DNA of 64,000 nt from Gekko japonicus. Taxonomy: Eukaryota. This document shows, piece by piece, positions 61,878-64,000 of the stretch. Each line of letters opens with the position of its first letter. The first letter of the stretch is position 1. Both the position numbers and the translations under genes were made by a program. The DNA lies in contig NW_015173156.1 in the NCBI RefSeq assembly GCF_001447785.1, positions 141,857 to 205,856 on the forward strand. Direction: 5' to 3'. The notes below the pieces were generated by a model. It saw nothing but the letters and a program-made list of their open reading frames with translations. It searched no databases and was not told where the DNA came from.

Positions 61878-63054
61878 AATTACTATAATTACAACTCCTA
61901 CAATTACTGAGCTGCTAAAGAGATGGTTAAATTTTTGTCATGGCCACTATAGCTAACTCTCACCTCAGTAGCTGTTTGCTTCTATGCCATTCTATACCAA
62001 CATTTATATATATTATATATATTATCAATAGAATTATTCATATATATTCTGAATCATTCCAATGCTCTCTGTTTCCTTACTATTCATTATTTATAAACAT
62101 CTAGTCAACACTAGCACTCTACATGCCTATTGGTTTTGTGTTTGGTTCCCAAGAACGCTACCTATTCCATGTGGCTGGTCAAGAAAACAAGTTTAAAATG
62201 CTTTTCTTGCCTCAAATGAAGTGGCCACTTAATTAGCCTGAGCTGCTATTCAGGTTCCATCCTGGATAGAGAGAACCTGGTGTTCCTGCACCATTCATGA
62301 GGTCCGTTGCGTCGTCAAAATGATATTAATCCTTTCAGCTTAGCACAGAAGCCAAGTATGTCACTCAGCATGGGTCATTCCCTAGATCACTGCAGTTCAC
62401 TGAAGTTGTGCAAAGAATTGCACACACAGATGCTCAATTGGCTTTCCAAAAACTTGGATTATATATTTGCATTTAAGAAAAATAATAATTTCCATTATTT
62501 TTATACCAGCCCTGCAATAAATACTCTCCAGTTTGCATACTTTTTCAGGATATTCGTTTATTTCTAAAGCACATAAAAGAACTAGACATTGTGCATAAAA
62601 CAACATAAGGCATAGACTCTGATCTTTGGCTTACAATTTAAATAAGATAACCAGAAACACAAGCGAAGGGAAGTGAAAGGAAAAGGCAGATGTAGGAGAT
62701 CAATTAAATGCTAGTGTGAAGAAGAACATTTTTATCAGGCGTCTAAATATACTAATAGAAGGAGCCAGATGGATGCCAGGAAGTGAAGAGTTTCAATGTA
62801 AAGCATAGTCAGGGAATTATGTAATTTTGAAGTAAATGTGGCTCTTTATCACATACAGTAAAAGCTTCTGTTATTCAGCATTCACAGGAAATGGATGCTC
62901 CTGGTTAATCAAATGTGCTGGATACTTGAGCTTATTGCTCTGCCCCCCTCCACACTTAAAGAAAACTGTGGTTATCACACCCCATGCCCTTGGGAACATA
63001 GTGGTGACCAGGGCTTTTTTTTTTTAAGAGGTGCCAGAACCCTCAAAAGGGAAA

Positions 63055-63608
63055 TTTTATTTATTTTATCCATTCATTCAACTTTTATCCTGCCCTTCCG
63101 TCAAAGCGGCTCAGTGCAGCTCACAACATTAATAAAACCAACACAGATAAAACATTAATCCATAAAACAACTTACATAAACACAATAAATATAAGTAAAA
63201 GCGGTTCGGTAAATCATTACGACTGGACCTCGACCACATTGCTAACTACTTATACAAAATACATGTCTTAGGAGGTCGGCAGGCTTGGCTGGCATACCAT
63301 CGCTCACACTGGTATGCCCAGCGGAAAAGCTCCGTCTTCACGGCCCTGAGAAATTGCTGGAGATCTCGCAGGGTCTGGATCTCACTAGGGAGCTTGTTCC
63401 AATATGCTGGCGCAGGTAGCGAAAATGCTCTAGACCTAGTTGTTGTCAACCTGGCCTCTTTAGGGCCAGGAAGAGTCAGGCGATGTTGCATCCCAGATCT
63501 CAGTGCTCTCTGGGGAACATACGGGGAAAGGCGGTCCCTCAGGTAGACAGGTCCCTGACCATATAGGGCTTTAAAGGTCAAAACCAGCACCTTGAAGCGG
63601 ATCCGGAA
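63055..63608 (-). mobile_element. L2-clade LINE 3' end, relatively young
   Basis: LVLTFKALYGQGPVYLRDRLSPYVPQRALRS...SRAFSLPAPAYWNKLP with the frame open. Confidence 0.88.
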
Positions 63609-64000
63609 AGTTTTTAATCTATATACGGAAAACTCATGAATTTTTACACATTTTAGAAAGATTTTATTTATTTATTTATTTATTTGCCCCCCCCCCCAAG
63701 GGGATCTTTTTATTGCATTTTCTACATAGACTACAAACTATAATGAAAAAGAAGGTAGGGGTCCTACATTTAAGGGAGAAAGGAAAGATAACCACTACTA
63801 ACTAAAAACCCAAGAGACGAGATCATCATATTAGCTTGTATACAATACCAACTCCTAAAATGCTATGTTTTATGAACTTAGTCAGACATGCTTTTATGAC
63901 TTTTAAATCTTAAATTTAACTGTTATGAAAAAACCCCTCAGCATCTCCATATTAAAAAGAAAGAACAATATTTAACAGAGGCATCATTCAGAGTCCTTCA

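Overview
Repeat-dense eukaryotic (vertebrate) non-coding DNA. It is almost certainly squamate and probably gecko; this is inferred from Sauria SINEs, Squam3-like SINEs, BovB and abundant TAGGGTTGCCA-ended hAT MITEs. No intact protein-coding gene, rRNA, tRNA or CRISPR array is supportable, and nearly all ORFs in the track are either chance ORFs or decayed transposon ORFs. The window holds many CR1 and L2 LINE fragments, two 5'-truncated BovB copies, Sauria, Squam3-like and 5S-rRNA-derived SINEs, and a fossil hAT transposase with its catalytic Glu lost. It also holds many hAT and PIF/Harbinger MITEs with readable TIRs and TSDs, four solo LTRs (three with perfect 5-bp TSDs), several nested insertions, a ~560-bp local duplication carrying a SINE together with its TSDs, and two assembly gaps. 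The leads most worth checking are a fold-back Penelope-like element with a minimal hammerhead-ribozyme core (37.5 kb), an unclassified GC-rich retroposed insert with a (TAAA)n tail (4.1-4.45 kb), a Sauria-headed element with an unrelated body (19.3-19.8 kb), a CCAAT/octamer/HSE/TATA cassette (28.6-28.9 kb), recurrent micro-duplications at SINE 5' junctions, and one weak candidate coding exon (48.6 kb, minus strand). I do not see evidence for a complete new biological system. Family names come from my recall of consensus motifs, not from database searches. Boundaries without TSDs are approximate.
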